Origin: Utricularia gibba
Lineage: Eukaryota; Plantae; Magnoliophyta
Assembly (NCBI GenBank): GCA_002189035.1
Contig: NEEC01000014.1
Span: 2,604,001 to 2,668,000, forward strand
Direction: 5' to 3'
DNA length: 64,000 nucleotides
Positions within the stretch are counted from its first letter, which is position 1. The number at the start of each line of letters is the position of its first letter. A program made the translations under genes and the position numbers. The notes under the pieces were generated by a model, which saw only the letters and a list, made by a program, of their open reading frames with translations, was not told where the DNA came from and searched no databases. Below, piece after piece: positions 37,601-50,553 of the stretch.

Positions 37601-39679
37601 GGCTCTACCTATCAATATCGCTCTACCTACAACCATATTAGGGGATAAACACATGCCGGTGTATTATGTGAGCATGGTTTTATTATCGGCCGAAACCTGG
37701 TACATAGTGACAGAGAAATTCATCTTGGCTCTGAAAATGGCGGCCACCAAGTTGAAATCATACTTCCAAGATCGGCACATCGTGGTATTCACTCATCAGC
37801 CTTTGAAGAATATGCTATCTCGACCTGAAATTTCCGGAAGGGTAGCCAAATGGGCGGTCGAGTTAAGCAGGATGGATATCGAATTCAGGTCAAGAACGGC
37901 GATCAAAGCCTAGCCTCTTGCCGATTTCGTGATCGAGATGACTCAGTCAATTAAACGATTTTTAGAGACCAACGACCGGTGGGCCATCTATATCAATGGT
38001 TCTACGTACAACGGGGTAGGAGGTGGAATTGATATACAACGGGGAACACATCTACATCACAGTGAAGTTTCTATTCCCTGCCTCTAACAATGTAGCCGAA
38101 TACGAAGCCCTGGTCGAAGGGATGAAAATTGCCAAGGAACTTGGAGTTTTAGAGCTCGACATTTATACAGACTCACGACTAGTATAAGGAAAAATTTCAG
38201 GTGAGTATGAAACCCATGACCCTCTAATGGCTCTGTACTGTGTTAAGGTGAAAGAGTTAGTAAAGACCTTCAAGGAGTTCACTTTGTCGCATGTTGCACG
38301 TGAGGAAAACAGATCTGCAGACAGCCTCGCCCGGTTTACCGCGGGTTTTCCGGAACTAAAAGAAGGGAGTGTGACAATCCGATTGTGGGATCAACCTTCA
38401 GTAACCTTGTGGGCAGTGAACCATATTACCCAACAACCGGAAAATGACATCTCTCCGCAACTGAAACTCCTTGAAGATTGGATATCGCCCTACATCCGAT
38501 ACCTACAAAACGGAGAAACACCACCCGATAAATTGGAAGCCTAACAGTTGGAGACTAGGGCAAAGAGGTATACGATGGTAAACGGAATTCTCTATCGAAG
38601 ATCCTTAGATGGACCCCTATTGAGGTGTATCGGGACAGAGCACTCTCAAGAACTCATAACCGATTTGCATGAAGGAGAGTGTGGCAGCCATGTCGGGATA
38701 CGATCCCTATGCAGAAATGCTTTAAGAAGCAGATATTACTGGCCAACTATGAGGTGGGATATTATTGAAATGGTGAAGAAGTGCAAGGTATGCCAATACC
38801 ATGCAAGCATACCAAGAAAACCGGTAAACATATTGGCCACTCTTCCACTCTCGTGCCTTTTTGATCGATAGGAGGTGGATATTATGGGGCCATTCCCCCA
38901 AACCTCGGGCCAAAGGACATTCGCCATCGTGGGAGTCGAGTATTTCTCCAAATGGGTAGAAGCCGAAGCCGTGGCAAAAATATCAGAAGAGACGGTTATC
39001 CGATTTCTATGGAGAAACATCTTCCTCCGATTCGGGATACCTCGAGAACTAGTAACCGATAATGGGACCCAGTTTGCTGGAGGGAGAATGGATGCATTCT
39101 TGGGTAAATATTCGGTCAAACATAACTTCACTTTGGTCTATCATCCTTAGAGCAATGGTCTCACAACGACAACAAATTGAACGCTCAGACAAGGAATGAA
39201 AACCAAACTTGAGGATTTCGGGGGGTCATGGGCAGACCAGTTGGATGAGGTGTTGTGGTCATATCGTACCACCCCTCGAACCACTATGGAAGAATCCCCC
39301 TTCTTATTGGTTTACGGATCGGAAGCAGTATGCCCAATCGAATTAACACTGAAGAGCTATAGGGTGGAACACTACGACGAAGAAGAAAATGTTGATTTGC
39401 GAAAACTGGAGTTGGAGCTATTGGAAGAAAAACGACAAAGTATTTATAGCCGACTTGGGGCTTATTAGAGAAGAACAGAAGAGAACTACAATAAGTCCAT
39501 TTCCCCAAGAGAATTTTCGGAGGGAGACTTGGTGTTCCGAAAGATTAGACCGCAATTGGGAAGGTCCTTATCGGATCTCAAGGGTGATCGGAAAAATAGC
39601 TTACCGTCTAGAACAGCTAGATGGCACAGAATTTCCAAGGTCATGGAATGCCTCGCATTTGAGAAAATTCTACGCCTAA
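34700..39679 (+). pseudogene. Disrupted gag-pol of the Tat element (gag, protease, RT, RNase H, additional RNase H, integrase)
   Basis: LPTYDGKEDP (gag); YCEIHKTTGHNTVDC (knuckle-like); RILVDQGSS (protease); MDTYSGYHQI...YVDYM (RT); YYVSMVL...AKWAVEL (RH); ASNNVAEYEALVEG...DIYTDS...REENRSADSLAR (second RH); HEGECGSH...CKVC, DIMGPFP, TDNGTQF, WEGPYRI (integrase, no chromodomain). Many stops and frameshifts. Confidence 0.92.
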
Positions 39680-40767
39680 CTGACCCTATATCAATCTCTA
39701 TCACAGGATTACACAGGTCTCGGTATTTTCTCAAAACACTCAAGTGGCTATAAACTCCTCCAAAGCGGAAATGAATTAACGAAATCATAAGCCCTGGCCA
39801 AGTCATGTAAGTCCAGGCAAATCTTCTAACTCTGCACCCCTTGGTGGGCACAGCAAATCAGCTCGAGGCTCTCCCCGAAATATAAAATCCTCCAAACCCA
39901 AGGCCCCAGAGATAAGGGTAAGCCCTAGTACAACTCAGGCACCGGTTTCCTAAAACCGCACGCGTAAGCGCCGAAAAAGCTCTTAAGTGCAAACCTTACT
40001 GCCGAATCTCGAGGCGGCAAGAGCAACCAAAATAAATCTGCCTCTGATTAAAACTGCATGGTCTCGTCCTAAAGAGGGCCCCTTTGGATTGAGGAAGTTG
40101 TTCATCCCAAGAGGGATTCTGACCTACTTCCCTAGTAGCGGTTCAGCTCGCGTAAGGAAACATTAAGGCAAATGAAAAATTCAACTAAATGATCGGTAAA
40201 AGACACACAGCCTCCGGGTCATGTAGGCCTAGGTAAATCCCTCAAGTCTAAGCCCATTCTGGGCACAACAGACCGACTCGGGGCTCCCCCCCCCCCCCCC
40301 CAAAATATGTATCCTCTAAACCCAGACTCTAGTAACTAGGGTAAGTCCTGGTATGATATGAGAACCGGTTTCCCAAACCATTTGCGTAAGCTCCGAAAAG
40401 GCCCCGGAATACGGCTCTCGCTGCTAGACCTTAAAGCTGCAAACACGCTCAGAGCAAATCTGGCTCTACCCTGAACAGCGTTGATCTGGCCAGAAGAGTC
40501 CCTATTCGAATTGAGAAAGCAACTCAATCTACGAGAGATTCCGACTTACAACTGCAGCGAATACTTAGGCACAAAATCCCAACTAAGTAACTAGCAAACC
40601 ATCTGATAAAATTGGAATGATAGATGAGAAGCAAAAAGCAATGTGCCAAAATTAGGAAAATGAAGGAAGGAATTCCAAATCGGGACCCCAAAATATCCAA
40701 AAGCCTCAAATCGGGGACAAAAATGTTAGCTTCAAGGGAGCGAAGGAAAAGAAAAAGAAACTAAAGT

Positions 40768-42968
40768 TTAGGAGGAGGAGGGACCAGTGGGAGGACCAAC
40801 GGAGGGGCCAACATGTCCCTCCATTCTTGATCTCAGCTTGACTTCGTTCTCTCGACCGATCCTCGCTCGAATGAGCGCTATTAGACGCTCCTGATCAGGT
40901 TCAAACCCAAATTCGGGAGCAGGGTAAGTGTCCGCGATGGCGTCCAACATATTCTCATCCTTCGTCAAGGGATTGATTTTATCGAAGCACGGATCCATGA
41001 TTGATAATCCGAATTCTCTACCAATTTGGCACCTTTGCCGGTATAGCAGCAAGGCAATGAGGTCCCCGACGTAGATGTCAGACAGCTCTGAGAAGTAGGC
41101 CGAATTGATAAAGTCTTTCAAAAGCCTCCCTCTAGCTGCCTCTTGATTGAGCAACTCGGCTTCCAAGGCCGAAACATGATCCTTGGCTTGTTTCAACTCT
41201 GCCTCCGCTTCCTCAAATTGCACTTTGAAGCTCTCCTTCTCAGAATTGGCATTGTCGATCGTCTTCCCCATTTCATTCACCAAATTCTGCAACTCCTCCC
41301 GGTGGGTACTCTTTTCGAGAATGCTTCTCTGAGCGCTTCCTTCCTCTCCCAATGACTTTATCTTGGCATCCTGCGCCGTAACCTGGGCCCGAAGCAGACT
41401 CCATTTCTTTGGCCATTCCCCACCCAAAGGTTAAGGCCTGAGAAAAAGATCGTCAAGTCGGATACCGACTAAGTATGATCCCGGGAAAGAAGAAAAGTAG
41501 TTGCCGAATTCCCTTGAGTATAAGTTCGGGCTGAGCTCCCAAGACATTCGAAGTTGCCTCCTCTAAGGCCCTTGCAGCTCCGGTGGAAATGAAGATGGTG
41601 GTAGGGCAGGATCCTCTCTTATCTCGATCGGAGGAGTGGGACTCCTTTCTGCATCATTCGAAGAAGCCGATGTTGAGGCACCAACTGAAATGGGCCTCAT
41701 GCCGAGAGTTGGACCCTCTGTAGGTATTAGTGAGGGAGATAGTCTCCTTTTCCCTTTTTCTGAAGCCGGGGGAGGGTTCAGCTCCCGAGTCTCAAGAACC
41801 TCAACTACCTGATCTCCTTCCGCAATCAAATCGGTAACATCTGGCTGAACTTTAGGGGAACCAGCCTAGAGGAAGAGGTAAAGGGGTCAGAATCGGAAAC
41901 CGGAGGTCAAAAAACGGGATACAAACCTGTGAGGAAGGGGTCACCTCAGGCTCTCACATTCTCTGCATCTCAGCTGAAAAACGAGCCATCACCGAGTCCT
42001 CTAGGGCACTTCTTCGGGCCATCTCTTCAATTGCAAACAAAAACCGGGAAAGCAGTAAGGCATCATGCCAAGTCTGAAATTCGGAAAAATAACACCTAAC
42101 TACCTCTCTGCCTCTTAGAGCGTTTAGGGGCAAGCGCCTTAACCCTTTTCTTTTTCTTGGGAGCTATGAGTTGAGTAGTAGGGGGAATCAGAGATGAAAC
42201 AGGAACGATAGGGAGATTCAGAGGAGAATTAGGAGGAAGAGTCGATAAATCGGTACCTTCGGAGGACACAATATCGGGCCAATGAGAATCATGAGAACGA
42301 CCGATAATACCCGATCTCTTCAATGATTCACCCGAAAACATAAGGGCACGAGATTCGAAGTGGATAGAACCCCCGGCTAAGTCTCTCGTAAAGAACTTCA
42401 CAGGATTCGGAAGAAGACCGGTATGCACCAAAGAGCTTTACTCTAAAAGGCGTCGGGGATCCTTTGGAAAATTCTACCGAAAACCCAAAGGAGGCGCCAC
42501 CCAAACGAAAGAAGACCACCAATCATGGTGGGTACCGGGGGCTTTTACGACAAAGTGAGGATTATCCTCAAATCGGTGGAACTGGAAATGAGATCGGCCA
42601 TCCATGGGGGATTTTGCTTTACGAAGAACTATTTTGAAACGCTGAAGAAAGTCTACCAGAGTCATCGCTGGATCCATACCAGCCAAATAGAACAGAAAGG
42701 TAGTGAAGCAGAAAATGGAATTTGGCGCAAGGCAGTAAAGCGGGATTGCAAAAGTGTGAAGAAAGTGGAGTATCAAAGGATGAAGAGGGAAGCATAAACC
42801 GCTTTTAAAGTAGGCCAAAGGAATCGCCAAACTGCAAGGAGGGAGCAGACTCTCACCTGACCCCTAAGGGATTTTAGTATCCCGGGCATGGGAGACGATA
42901 TACTCGTTCGGAATTGAATACCGGATGCGAAGAGATGGGATATATATATCACTGGACCTTCTACTCAT
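40768..42968 (-). pseudogene. Antisense, intron-containing extra ORF of the Tat element (Transposase_28-like N-terminus, coiled-coil C-terminus), disrupted
   Basis: Fragments MSRRSSDIYIPSLRIRYSIPNEY, YFKSGLCFPLHPLILHFLHTFAIPLYCLAPNS and LQNLVNEMGKTIDNANSEKESFKVQFEEAEAELKQAK. GT-AG introns 42025..42103 and 41866..41926 join the fragments in frame. Confidence 0.75.
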
Positions 42969-43461
42969 TTTCGGAGAGACAATGGACGAGCCTAACCCAG
43001 GGACAGAGCGAAAAAAGGTATAAGAGAGGAGATTAGGAAAAGAGGGGGACTCCGGCAAGACCAAAAAAAGCGAATGGGAAGAGAAAACGCGGACTAGTAC
43101 TTGAAAATGCACGGTTTCTGACAGTTTTCACGACGGCGGCAATGGCAGATGAGCGCAGCGGAGCACGGACGACGCTAAAATGTCACGAGTCAACAGAAGA
43201 AGCAAAGGGGAGAAGTGACGAGAGGAGCGCATACTTATAGAAAAGGTACTCGGAAGACGAAATGATGCGACGTTTGAGGTGTCCAGAATGAGCGGGAAAA
43301 AATGTGGCATGATCAGGAGGTGACACATGGCGAGGAAATCGTGCTAAATGAGTCTGAGATTCACCCCTGGGAAAGCGGTACATCCGAAACCGGTATGGTT
43401 GTAGTTCTGATCCACCGACTAGCCTTGAAAAGGCCAATGTCGGTAAATCAGAGGGGCTGAA

Positions 43462-43989
43462 TGATAGGGTATAAATCGTCTTAGGATAATCAGCTTCTGA
43501 AAGGCTGCCAAAAGGAGCTCTGACGGGATAACGCCAGTCGACAGACCGATGTATGTCAGAAATCTGACAGCGGTGGCCGTATGGCACAGTCTGAAAAGCA
43601 GCCGAATTACGGCAGAGCAGGCGGCGGATATCTGAAAAGCAAGATCACATAGCAGGCGTAGAAAACAACCGACGTCTACAGAATTCAGGACTCGGTCCGA
43701 TTAACCTCTTCTATAAATAGAAGAAATCATAACGGAAAAAAGTTTCGACCCTAAGCCTCCCAACCTGTACCTTTCTTCACCATCTCCATCTAGTAAAGAC
43801 TTTCTCCAGTGAGCTCTGATAGCTCCATGGTTTTTCCATCCTTCGGTAGCATAAAAACCTCCGCCCACCTTTATTTCTGTTGATCAAATCGAACAAATTG
43901 CCAAAAAGCATACATAGGTGTGATATCTCCAGCTGCACCTATAACCCAAAAATCGGCTCCATCTCGAACACCGATTTTCACCCATAACA
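43462..43989 (+). repeat. 3' LTR of the Tat element
   Basis: Direct repeat of 33714..34249; preceded by the PPT; followed by TSD GTTGG. Confidence 0.93.
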
Positions 43990-44610
43990 GTTGGGTGGTA
44001 TACATTCTCATGATCTCATCAAAAGTATTTCGAGCAAATCCACCAGATCCCTCCAAGATTTGGGATGAAGATATCATAGGGGTGACAATACATTCAATGT
44101 GTAATCCTGAATAATCTCATTTTTCAATTATTCAACTATTTCATTTTATCAAGTTCAATGTTATCTAGATTAGTCAAGAGTTATATGTTTCGATGCAACA
44201 TGTTATTTGTAACAAGTAGTTTTGCTGGTTGGTTAATTGGTTACATTCTATTGATGAAATTGCTTGGGCTGATATTTATCTAGATATTACAAAATAATTC
44301 TATTAGATCGAATAAGTACATTAGGTCTAATGAGTAACTTGGATTAGAATTCATTAATTTTATGAAATATAAATTAGAGATCGCTTTCAAAATAAGCAAT
44401 CAGAATTGGAAGGCTAAAGAGAGAGAGAGAGGCTTATCACCCACACCTCAAGGAATCTCACCATCATTTGCCCGAGTAATGATATACTCATCAGAGACCT
44501 AGTTGATGTTGAATCAAAACTAGTCATATCTGGGTACTTTACACGTTAAAATAAGGAATTAGGTGAGGTAAAATAGGTAAAAGTATCAAAATTAGTGTTA
44601 GTAAATTTAA

Positions 44611-45681
44611 TGTGAATAAAAACATTTTATGAGTCTATTTTGTATTGATTTTCTTGTTATGGTGAACTCACTGTTCATCTAGGCCAAAAAACGATCAGCC
44701 TATTTGGGGTGGGCCATGTATTTTGACCACTCTATGCAGTATTTATTAGTCCAACGGCAAAATAGGAATTACGCATCTGCATGCGCGAGGAGATAACACT
44801 ACCAGTGGGAAAAATGGAATGAGGAGAAGCTAATCCTCCTCAAGGCACGCAACAGGGGCAAGCATGATCAAGTAGAGAGAGAACGGAGATTTCAAATGCT
44901 GGGAGAGGTTTTTCCGGTGAGTTTGAACCAGTTTCAGGGAAGAAGATGAAGGAGGGATAGTTACAACGCAACACTGGAACTCAACTCCAGCACCTAGAGC
45001 CATGAAGAATAGACATATGTTTGTGTGAAGAAGATGATGGAAGCAATTCTAGAGTGACACTGAAATCACCTCCATCGCCCAGAATGGTTGTAGAGCACTT
45101 GGAAACTTCCTAGTGAAGCTTTAGAACTAGCATGACGAGAAGAAGAAATTGATGTGCACACACGAACAGATTTAGAGAACCGAATGAACTTTTTATTTTC
45201 TACCTTTTATTTCCACATTTTTGCAATTTGATGTGTTTAGTTCACTTAACATTTTCTGTCGATCCTACATCTTATTTGAGTGTTTGCAACTTAACATGTT
45301 TTTCTTCATCATGTTCTTTAATATTTTTAAGTGTGAATTTGAATAGTAATTGTAGCATGTTTAGATTATCTTTTAAGCATGGTTAATTTTTGTATTAAGT
45401 GTAATGGCTACTTTTAAACTTCAAGAAATGCTGATTTACATATTATGTTGTTTGTCTTTAGTGTAGAAATCCATTTGAGAATTTTAGTAATTTCCTTAGA
45501 GCAGAGACCTACTACTTGGCAAAAACCTCTTGTTTAATCGTGCTTGCACATAGGATTTACAAATGACACCATTTGTTCCCTGTGGATCGACCTGAACTTG
45601 CCGCTATAGCATTATTTTTCTTTGTGAATGTGATGTAGAATGTTTGTTTAGTTTTATAAATATTTTTTGATGGAGAAAACA
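44611..45681. mobile_element. Possible solo LTR (~1.07 kb)
   Basis: TG...CA with a near-TSD TTTAA/TTTAG (one mismatch); boundaries tentative. Confidence 0.35.
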
Positions 45682-45739
45682 TTTAGATATGCGACACCTT
45701 TAGAATTGTCCTTCTATCACAAGTATTGATATTAGATGG

Positions 45740-46831
45740 GGGAGACGTTTAGTCCACTGGATCTCTTAACCATCTTGGATATCCGAATTAGAAAGAGGGG
45801 AAAATCCAAAAAAAGAGCAAAAACCTTAATAATATATTGAAATCAGAAAATTAGATTAAACCTAGGAGGTCTCTAGAAATCCCAAAAAAAATTTTTAGAA
45901 AGCAGATGAAATGACAAAAAGAACTGATGAATACCTAAAAGTTTGTAGATTTCGGTGAGATATTGTTGATGGTGAACAGTGAAAGCAGAGGATTTCAGCA
46001 AGCGGTAAGAACGGTGTGATAATAAATGAGGGCGAAAGGAGTTATTTATTGGAGGCTTCTCGAAATGTGAAATAGCATGGGTAGTTAAGATGCCTAAAAA
46101 AATTGGCTAGAAAAATGTGGCAATCCTTGGGAATGATACATGGTAAAGAGGAGAGGAAAATTACCAAAAACATGACTTTAGTAAATGAGTGCAATGCAAA
46201 TTGGAATTTTGAGAATTTTGATCCATCAATTTAGCACATGTGTTAATCTCAACAAATCAAAGGGGCTGAATCATGGTATTAGAAACTGGTATGGCACATG
46301 GAGTTGGTAAAAAAGACAATGAGTACCCTTCCTAAAGATAAGGAGTTATGGGGAGCAAAAATCGGATGCCATTATCGCATCGAATAAAAAATCTGAGCAG
46401 ATCCCAACTAGATTGTGGAAATCAGCCATGGGAAGAGAGGATCTGATAGATCGGTGCTGGACGACATTGGTTAAGAGCATGAATCAGACTTTGAGACTCC
46501 ATAAATCGGATGTCTGCATACAGGGACAGAAATAGGATAATGTCAACCCTCGGTCATTTCAGTAGAATCTGAAAAGCAACCGACTTGCAGGATTATAGAA
46601 CAAACAATGGTTATTTGTCAGTAGGACTATATTTGCAGTCAACATACATATTAGGTACATAAAGTAGTTGACACTCATATGAATCGATTGGCTTAGTTTC
46701 CTCTTTAAATAAAGAAACATTTGAAGAGAAGTATTTTTCATTCCTCACATCCTTTGTAATCCTTCCTCTTTCTTCTTAGTAAAGCTTATTTCTTCGGTGA
46801 GCTCCCCAATTCCAAGTTTTCTATCCCAACA
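45740..46831 (+). mobile_element. Truncated 3' end (UTR, PPT, LTR) of a second Tat-related element
   Basis: PPT AGGGGCTGAA at 46261-46270 is identical to the PPT of the complete element. It is followed by ~560 bp ending CCCAACA, analogous to the CCCATAACA LTR end. Confidence 0.55.
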
Positions 46832-48132
46832 GTTTCCACGTTAAAACTCTCGACCTTAATTTTCGCTTTATCGTTAACAAAGATTGATCCGCTATGAAAT
46901 CAGATTTTTACATAGTGCGGATTTTCTACCATAACAAGATATAAAATATACGAAAAGGTAAGAAGAAATATGACCATTGCTGACATATTTTGTTCCTTCT
47001 TTTGCAAATAAATTACCGATATCAATTACATTCAGAATTGCATCAATTACTTTTTTTTCAAAGAAAAAAATTAATTTAGATAATTCTGGTATTGAAGAAA
47101 TAAAAGCTGCTCCATAAAAGTGATTGGAAAAATTATTTTATTTGAAAATGCATCTCCATTATTGTGCGATTCTGAAATTTATTGGTTTTGGAAGACCCGA
47201 TTTCAAACTCTTTACTTCACAATTGGTGGATTATAGACAATGGATAAATCTCGGCAATCAAGAAAAGGTAACTAAAAATGATTATGGTCAATGATGAAAG
47301 AGAAGTATCTCATTTTGGCATTGAAGAAATGTATTTATATGGGGCGGATAATGTAGAATGGTTTCAAACTTGGGTTTCATATTGCTTTGGATTGTTTGTA
47401 AAAATCACTCTACAATCAATTTTAATAAAATTAAAAATTCCAATGTAATGAGAATTCATATAAGTTTGGAAAAATATTACTACAAGTATAATACTTAATA
47501 GTAATATTGAAACATATAATTACCTTAATAAAACCTATTCACCATTTTGTAGTTATTGTTACTGTTTTTTTTATATCATTCTATCTAATTCATGTCTCAT
47601 TTATTAATCGTTTTCATACATTCCATTTTGATTTTAGTTTACCATATTTGTTTTTCAACTGTTCATAATCATAATTCCTTACACCTTGTGAACTAAATTC
47701 AAATATAACCCTTTATCATGGACTTTGGGAAAATGACCATTCAACCTATTGTCATTATCAACTTTCTCAACAAACAGCTAAATCAAAATCTCAGTAACCA
47801 AATCATTCCATTGTGTCATTTCACTACCATGCTTAGTTTTATGTTTTTAAATTTTTGTCTTACAATAGCTAGAAACAAAAAAAAAAAAAACTCATAATAC
47901 TTTAATCACCATCCAACACCTCTTAACTTGTTCACAAGAGGAATGCATATGAAAATTAACATTGAGAAATTCACAAGATGAAAGCATACAATGGTACCAA
48001 CAAAAGAACCCAAGACTTGCACAACCAAAATGGATAAATGCTAGCAACTCAAAAAAGCATTGCATTAGTTCAACGAAAAATGACCCATGGAGGAGAAAGA
48101 AAAAGAAAATTCTTACTTTGATCCTTAAAATC

Positions 48133-49287
48133 TGATAATTGATTTTTGTTACTTATATTTATGTTTTTTCGGGTTCAATTAGATGAGTTTTGCATACTTT
48201 TTATCTCACTTTTTCTATATTTTTAGGAAAAATTTTATATTTTTATACCGCTTTGATCTTTTGGGATATAAAGTGTATTTTGTGATTTTTCAAGACATTT
48301 TTTGTATAATTTGGAGGATTTGCGAGTTAATTTTGGTGGAAGCAAAGATTTGGTCTATCTTGATGAATACTCAATTAAAGATTTTCGGATAATATAAGAT
48401 TTGGAAAATTTAGATCTTATCCTGTCAGATTTGTATCAAATCTTAGATGATTCGGATGGAAGATTTGATATGAGCTCATAAAAAAAATCCGATAAATCCT
48501 CATTATTATATAAAGATCGGGAACCCGAAGATCACGAAAGGAGAGTCAATTTAGGATTTAGAGTCGAGTCCATCATGTTTTGGATTCCTTTCCTTTCGTT
48601 TTTCATTAACTTTTGTTATTTAAAGTCGAACATGCGTGTGCGAGTACTTGCTACTGAGAATCTGCGGTGAAGCATTGTTTGCGCAAGTCCTATACATGTG
48701 AGTGCCTTGCTATGTTTTTTAGCATTTAATTTGAGGTTTGATTCTGTTTTTCAAAACGTTTTATTTTCCAACGTGATCTTTAGTACCATATAACCCTAAG
48801 GGAGTATTGGAGAATCAAAGATTAGCCTCAAGTAATTAAAGAAAAGGGCTCAATCTGACATCGTTGGTAAGACATATTTTATCTAATCTGTATACGAGGT
48901 GAGAGGTGTAGGGGTAGATTTGAAGGTATAGAAAACATGAATTATCACAAAAGATAAAATAGCTCTAGTGACATGGTTGATTCCATAATACCATAAAACA
49001 AGAGATAGTGTTATAATGATCATCGAGTAGCACTATTTTAGAATAACCCTCTCCAAAACTTGTGCAAGCAGGTTAGTCTTCAAAATTTATACACACACAA
49101 AGATGAGTTTTAAGTAAGGTGGATTTTAGATCTAAGTCTATTTTTCTTATTGTTTTTAAACCATTTTTTTTTATTTTCAGTTTTTTTAAATCTTTGTTTG
49201 AAAAGAAAATTCTAATAACAATTCTTTGTAGATATGATATTATTTTATTACTTTGACGGTTTCTGTGCACTTACAGAATTAACATCA
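48133..49287. mobile_element. Solo LTR, 1155 bp
   Basis: Begins TG, ends CA, perfect TSD AAATC (48128-48132 and 49288-49292). Confidence 0.78.
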
Positions 49288-50553
49288 AAATCAATGATTC
49301 TTGTGTTGTTGATTGAAAATTTGTAAAACTTTAATCCATATAAGTAGAATGAATTTTTGATAAAGTAGAATGCAAATTAGTATTTATGTTAAAAATAGTA
49401 TTAATTATAATTATGTATTAACGAATGGGTATAATAATAAATTCATTTTTCAAAATTATTTTTAAAAACACAATTCTATATAAGAAGCTACACATCTAAG
49501 CTTTATAAAGAATTGAATTTATTCTCAAAAACCAATTTTTATAAAATAGAATTAGATATATATTTGGAAAGTATAGTTAATTCTACTAGAATAAAATTGA
49601 TTTTAATAAAATAGAATGTGTTTTCAAAGGTAGCTCAAATCTCCACTGTTGTTGAAATTCTTTAGATGCACTTGTTCTTGTCACCTTCAAGTTATAATAA
49701 CTTTCTTTATATGTGAACATTCTCAGCTTTCTTTTTTTTTTTCGAGTTATCATTTAATATCTTTTTATTTGCTTTCGTAAATCTTGCGAGAAAGCAGCTT
49801 AATATTGTAGGACAAATACTAAAAACACAAACTACTTCAAAAACCCGTAACAACAAGTGTCCTCAGTCAAACAAATTGATTCACGATCATCTTGATCTCA
49901 AATTCTAGTGATAGCCACAAAAACAATATATCTAAATCCAGTTTCACAGATTGAGCCAACTCCTAAACATGGGCCAATAGTCTGCTAAAGGCTCAAAAAA
50001 GGATAAATTCATGTTAAAAATTTCAGAAATATTTTGTTTTAAAAAAGACGAAATCCGGAATTTATAAAGTTGAAACTTGAAAGTACAAGTTCTACCTACC
50101 GGTCTCCGAAACACAGTTATTTGATGGATGTGTCCGAGCTAGAAACGTGGGGCTGGAATGGCCCGACGGCGCCCTTTCGGAAGCTTTTTTTTTTTTTTTT
50201 TTTTTTTCGCAACTATTTCCAAATCTTTAATAACTATTTTATATGAATTATTCTTTATATTCCGAAATGGAGAGAGACGTGAGGAGGGTTTTGTGTCGTT
50301 TCAAGTAATAATTCGGTCCACACAACCCGGTTAAAAGAACGAGAACCGGACACAACAACAACACACTCGAAAACAACTAAAATCCAGCTGCTGTATCCTG
50401 CATTGACCAAACAAACAAAAGGGTTGCACCCCACCACCGTGACCAGTCAGTCTTCTCTTTCATGTTTCTCCACGTTTCTGCAGAGTGACATTCAGACAAA
50501 ACAACACAAGTGAAACCCCAGTGTTAATTCGTTAAACACAAACACCTCTGGTG

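Larger units (their letters stand above)
33714..43989 (+). mobile_element. Full-length Ty3/Gypsy Tat-clade (Retand/Ogre-like) LTR retrotransposon, 10.3 kb
   Basis: 5' LTR 33714..34249 and 3' LTR 43462..43989, both TG...CA, ~90% identical by hand count. Perfect TSD GTTGG (33709-33713, 43990-43994); PBS TGGCACCCACCGTGGGG at 34254-34270; PPT AGAGGGGCTGAA at 43450-43461; order gag-PR-RT-RH-aRH-INT. Confidence 0.95.

Noticed and set aside
46900-48130. AT-rich segment with a poly-A run at ~47874-47890, possibly a DNA-transposon or retrocopy remnant
   Set aside because: No translatable domain, TIR or TSD could be identified.
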